Positions 60,973 through 64,000 of a DNA stretch of 64,000 nucleotides are shown piece after piece. Source of the stretch: Octopus sinensis. Taxonomy: Eukaryota. Under the pieces are notes generated by a model that did not search any database, was not told where the DNA came from, and saw only the letters and a list, made by a program, of their open reading frames with translations. How positions within the stretch are numbered: position 1 is the first letter of the stretch; each line of letters starts with the position of its first letter. The stretch covers positions 28,830,001 to 28,894,000 of the forward strand of contig NC_043001.1 in NCBI RefSeq assembly GCF_006345805.1, given 5' to 3'. Made by a program: the position numbers and the translations under genes.

Positions 60973-63710
60973 ATGTGTTCGCACGGATGACGGCTCACTT
61001 GCGCTAAATGAGGATGCAAAGAGAGAGGTTTGGAGAAGCCACTATGAAAGGTTGCTGAATGAGGAAAATGAATGGGATAAAGAGAGTCTGCCGAATGTTG
61101 ACCCAACAGAGGGACCAGCAATCCGAGTTGACAGTTCCTTAGTAGATAAGGCAATTAAAAGCATGAAAACAGGGAAAGCCCCAGGCCCATCAGGAATTAC
61201 TGCAGAGATGCTCAAAATATCTGGTAGTGTCGGCTATAGCCTAGTCACCCGTATAGTTAACCAGATGATACACGAAGGAGTCATTCCCAATGACTGGTGT
61301 AGCAGCATAATAGTCAGCTGCTACAAAGGTAAAGGTGACGCCCTAGATACAAATAGCTACAGGGGTATCAAGCTGCTGGATCAGGTAATGAAGGTTACGG
61401 AGAGGGTTATAGCCCAACTAATTAGAGAGAGAGTTAGCCTAGACCAGATGCAGTTTGGGTTCGTGCCAGGGAAAAGTACTACTGATGCTATTTTCATGGT
61501 AAGACAGCTGCAAGAGAAATACCTAGCCAAAGACAAGCCCCTATACCTGGCTTTTGTTGATATGGAGAAAGCCTTCGACAGGGTCCCCCGATCCCTCATC
61601 TGGTGGTCAATGAGGAAACTAGGGATAGATGAATGGTTAGTGAAAGCTGTACAAGCCATGTACAGAGACGCTGCTAGTAAGGTGAGGGTTGGCACCGAGT
61701 ACAGTGAAGAATTCAGGGTAGAGGTTGGGGTCCACCAAGGTTCAGTCCTCAGTCCCCTCCTATTTATCATAGTCCTCCAGGCAATAACGGAGGAATTCAA
61801 GACAGGATGCCCCTGGGAGCTCCTCTATGCTGATGACCTTGCTCTAATTGCTGAGTCTCTATCAGAACTAGAGGAGAAATTTCAGGTATGGAAACAAGGT
61901 TTAGAATCGAAGGGCCTTAGAATCAACCTAGCCAAAACCAAAGTCCTAATAATAAGTAGGAAGGTAGACCAATCACAAACGCCTTCAGGTAGATGGCCCT
62001 GCTCGATCTGTAGAAAAGGTGTAGGTAGAAACTCTATAAGATGCACCAAGTGTAAGCTATGGACACATAAGAGGTGCAGCAATGTCAAAGGAAGGCTAAC
62101 TAGGAAGATGGTTTTTGTATGTGGCAGATGCTCAGGAACAATTAACACTGAAGATGCTCTGAGACCAACTTCCGTCACTTTCCAGGGAGAAAAGCTAGAA
62201 GTAGTTGATAGTTTCCGTTACCTAGGTGACCAAGTCAGTAGCGGGGGCGGGTGCGCTGAGAGTATAACTGCTAGAGTAAGAATAGCCTGGGCAAAGTTTA
62301 GAGAGCTCTTACCTCTGCTGGTGACAAAAGGCCTCTCGCTCAAAGTAAAAGGCAGACTGTATGATGCATGTGTACGTACAGCCATGCTACATGGTAGTGA
62401 AACTTGGGCTGTGACTGCTGAGGATTTGCGTAAGCTCGCAAGAAATGAAGCTAGTATGCTCCGATGGATGTGTAACGTCAGTGTTCATAATCGACAGAGT
62501 GTAAGTACCTTGAGAGAAAAGTTGAACCTAAGAAGTATCAGTTGTTGTGTGCAAGAGAGACGTATGCGCTGGTATGGTCATGTGATGAGAATGGCTGAAG
62601 ATAGTTGTGTGCGAAAGTGCCACACCCTGGCAGTTGAGGGGACCTGTGGAAGAGGTAGACCCAGGAAAACCTGGGTCGAGGCGGTGAAGCACGACCTTCG
62701 AACTTTAGGTCTCACCAAGGAAATGACCAGTGACCGAGACCTTTGGAGGTATGCTGTGCGTGAGAAAACCCGGCAAGACCAGTGAGAACAGTCAAAATCA
62801 AGATCAAACCAAATTGAGGTCGATCAACATCAGGGCCCCCGTGCAGGTGACACGTAAAAGTACCATCCGTTCGTAGCCGTTCGCCAGCCCTGTCTGGCCC
62901 CCGTGTAGGTGGCACGTAAAAGCACCATCCGTTCGTGTTCGTTGCCAGCCTGGCCTGGCCCCCGTGCCGGTGACACGTAAAAGTACCATCCGTTTGTGGC
63001 CGTTTGCCAGCTCTGTCTGGCCCCCGTGCCGGTGACACGTAAAAGCACCATCCGTTCGTGGCCGTTTGCCAGCTCTGTCTGGCCCCCGTGCCGGTGACAC
63101 GTAAAAGCACCATCCGTTCGTGGCCGTTTGCCAGCCCTGTCTGGCCCCCATGTCGGTGACATGTAAAAGCACCATCCGTTCGTGTCCGTTGCCAGCCTCG
63201 CCTGGCCCCCGTGCCGGTGACATGTAAAAGCACCATCCGTTCGTGGCCGTTTGCCAGCCCTGTCTGGCCCCCATGTCGGTGGCATGTAAAAGCACCATCC
63301 GTTCGTGCCCGTTGCCAGCCACGCCTGGCCCCCATGCCGGTGACACGTAAAAGCACCATCCGTTTCGTGGCCGTTTGCCAGCTGTCTGGCCCCCGTGTTG
63401 GTGGCACGTAAAAGCACCATCCGTTCGTGTCCGTTGCCAGCCTCGCCTGGCCCCGTGCCGGTGACACGTAAAAGCACCATCCGTTCGTGGCCGTTTGCCA
63501 GCTCTGTCTGGCACCTGTGCAGGTGGCACGTAAAAAGCACCCACTACACTCAGGGAGTGGTTGGCGTTAGGAAGGGCATCCAGCCGTAGAAACACTGCCA
63601 GATCTGACTGGGCCTGATGAAGCCTTCCAGCTTCACAGACCCCAGTTGAACCGTCCAACCCATGCTAGCATGGAGAACGGACGCTAAATGATGATGATGA
63701 TGATGATGAT
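60973..63710 (+). mobile_element. 5'-truncated, apparently young RTE LINE
   Basis: Uninterrupted RT frame, tandem ~61-bp 3' UTR repeats, (TGA)n tail, probable 6-bp TSD ATATAC (60967-60972 and 63711-63716). Confidence 0.95.
60974..62785 (+). CDS. RTE ORF2 remnant: reverse transcriptase with PHD-like finger and C-terminal domain (5'-truncated, no native start)
   Basis: About 603 codons without a stop: KAPGPSGI, YRGIKLL, QFGF, DMEKAFDRV, GVHQGSVLSPLLF, YADDL, FRYLG, RMRWYGHV, GRPRKTW. The listed start at 60920 lies in the flanking SINE. Confidence 0.85.
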   Translation, partial: CVRTDDGSLALNEDAKREVWRSHYERLLNEENEWDKESLPNVDPTEGPAIRVDSSLVDKAIKSMKTGKAPGPSGITAEMLKISGSVGYSLVTRIVNQMIHEGVIPNDWCSSIIVSCYKGKGDALDTNSYRGIKLLDQVMKVTERVIAQLIRERVSLDQMQFGFVPGKSTTDAIFMVRQLQEKYLAKDKPLYLAFVDMEKAFDRVPRSLIWWSMRKLGIDEWLVKAVQAMYRDAASKVRVGTEYSEEFRVEVGVHQGSVLSPLLFIIVLQAITEEFKTGCPWELLYADDLALIAESLSELEEKFQVWKQGLESKGLRINLAKTKVLIISRKVDQSQTPSGRWPCSICRKGVGRNSIRCTKCKLWTHKRCSNVKGRLTRKMVFVCGRCSGTINTEDALRPTSVTFQGEKLEVVDSFRYLGDQVSSGGGCAESITARVRIAWAKFRELLPLLVTKGLSLKVKGRLYDACVRTAMLHGSETWAVTAEDLRKLARNEASMLRWMCNVSVHNRQSVSTLREKLNLRSISCCVQERRMRWYGHVMRMAEDSCVRKCHTLAVEGTCGRGRPRKTWVEAVKHDLRTLGLTKEMTSDRDLWRYAVREKTRQDQ

Positions 63711-63877
63711 ATATACGACGGACTTCTTTCAGTTACCGTCTACCAAATCCACTCACAAGGCATTGGTCGGCCTGAGGCTATAGTAGAAGACACTTGCCCA
63801 AAGTGCCACGCAGTGGTATTGAACCTGGAACCATGTGGTTGGTATGCAAGCTACTTACCCACACAGCCACTCCTGCA
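63711..63877 (-). mobile_element. 5' half (tRNA head) of the split SINE A
   Basis: Minus-strand head GCAGGAGTGGCTGTGTGG..GGTTCAATACC. Confidence 0.8.
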
Positions 63878-64000
63878 GCAATGTGGCCACTTATTCATCT
63901 TGTGGAAGATTGCTGAACCAGCAGAGTTTCTTTGAGGGTGATGCTCAATGTTATCAGTACATACACCATGAACAAAGCTAGATTTTTCAGGGTGAATCCC

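Noticed and set aside
63614-63640. CTGATGA in the RTE 3' terminus
   Set aside because: No downstream GAAA or stem III, and not conserved across copies (CTGACGA at about 41195, absent in others).
61381-63658. Antisense and 3' UTR ORFs overlapping RTE copies (e.g. 61381-61800, 62712-63658, 40424-41238)
   Set aside because: Shadows of the RT frame or of GC-rich tandem repeats, repeated in each RTE copy with no independent protein signature.

Overview
AT-rich, microsatellite-dense animal genomic DNA. The SINE/RTE repeat families resemble, from memory, those of a coleoid cephalopod (Octopus-like); this is not database-verified. The window reads as intronic or intergenic: no host protein-coding exon, tRNA/rRNA gene or CRISPR array can be supported. 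It is a nested mosaic of mobile-element relics: RTE-clade LINEs (one 5'-truncated copy at 60973-63710 keeps an uninterrupted ~600-aa RT-containing frame), a CR1-clade LINE, an R4/Dong-type RLE LINE, several Penelope-like element (PLE) fragments, mariner/Tc1-family transposons, MITEs, Helitron-like elements and many tRNA-headed SINEs. Most long ORFs in the supplied track are artefacts of simple repeats. The notable signal is a set of type I hammerhead ribozyme (HHR) folds. A ~361-bp tandem array (56091-57096) and a ~355-bp monomer (23571-23998), very different in sequence, both sit in (TA)n tracts and both start with a ~75-bp inverted segment. Each carries an HHR with the non-canonical U3:A8 core, a palindromic dimer-type stem III, a UAC/U internal loop in stem I and a CAAUA-type loop II. 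This fits a PLE-derived retrozyme-like system that could yield ~360-nt self-cleaved or circular RNAs. Further decayed HHRs occur in PLE termini and in a tRNA-headed element at 36139-36489.
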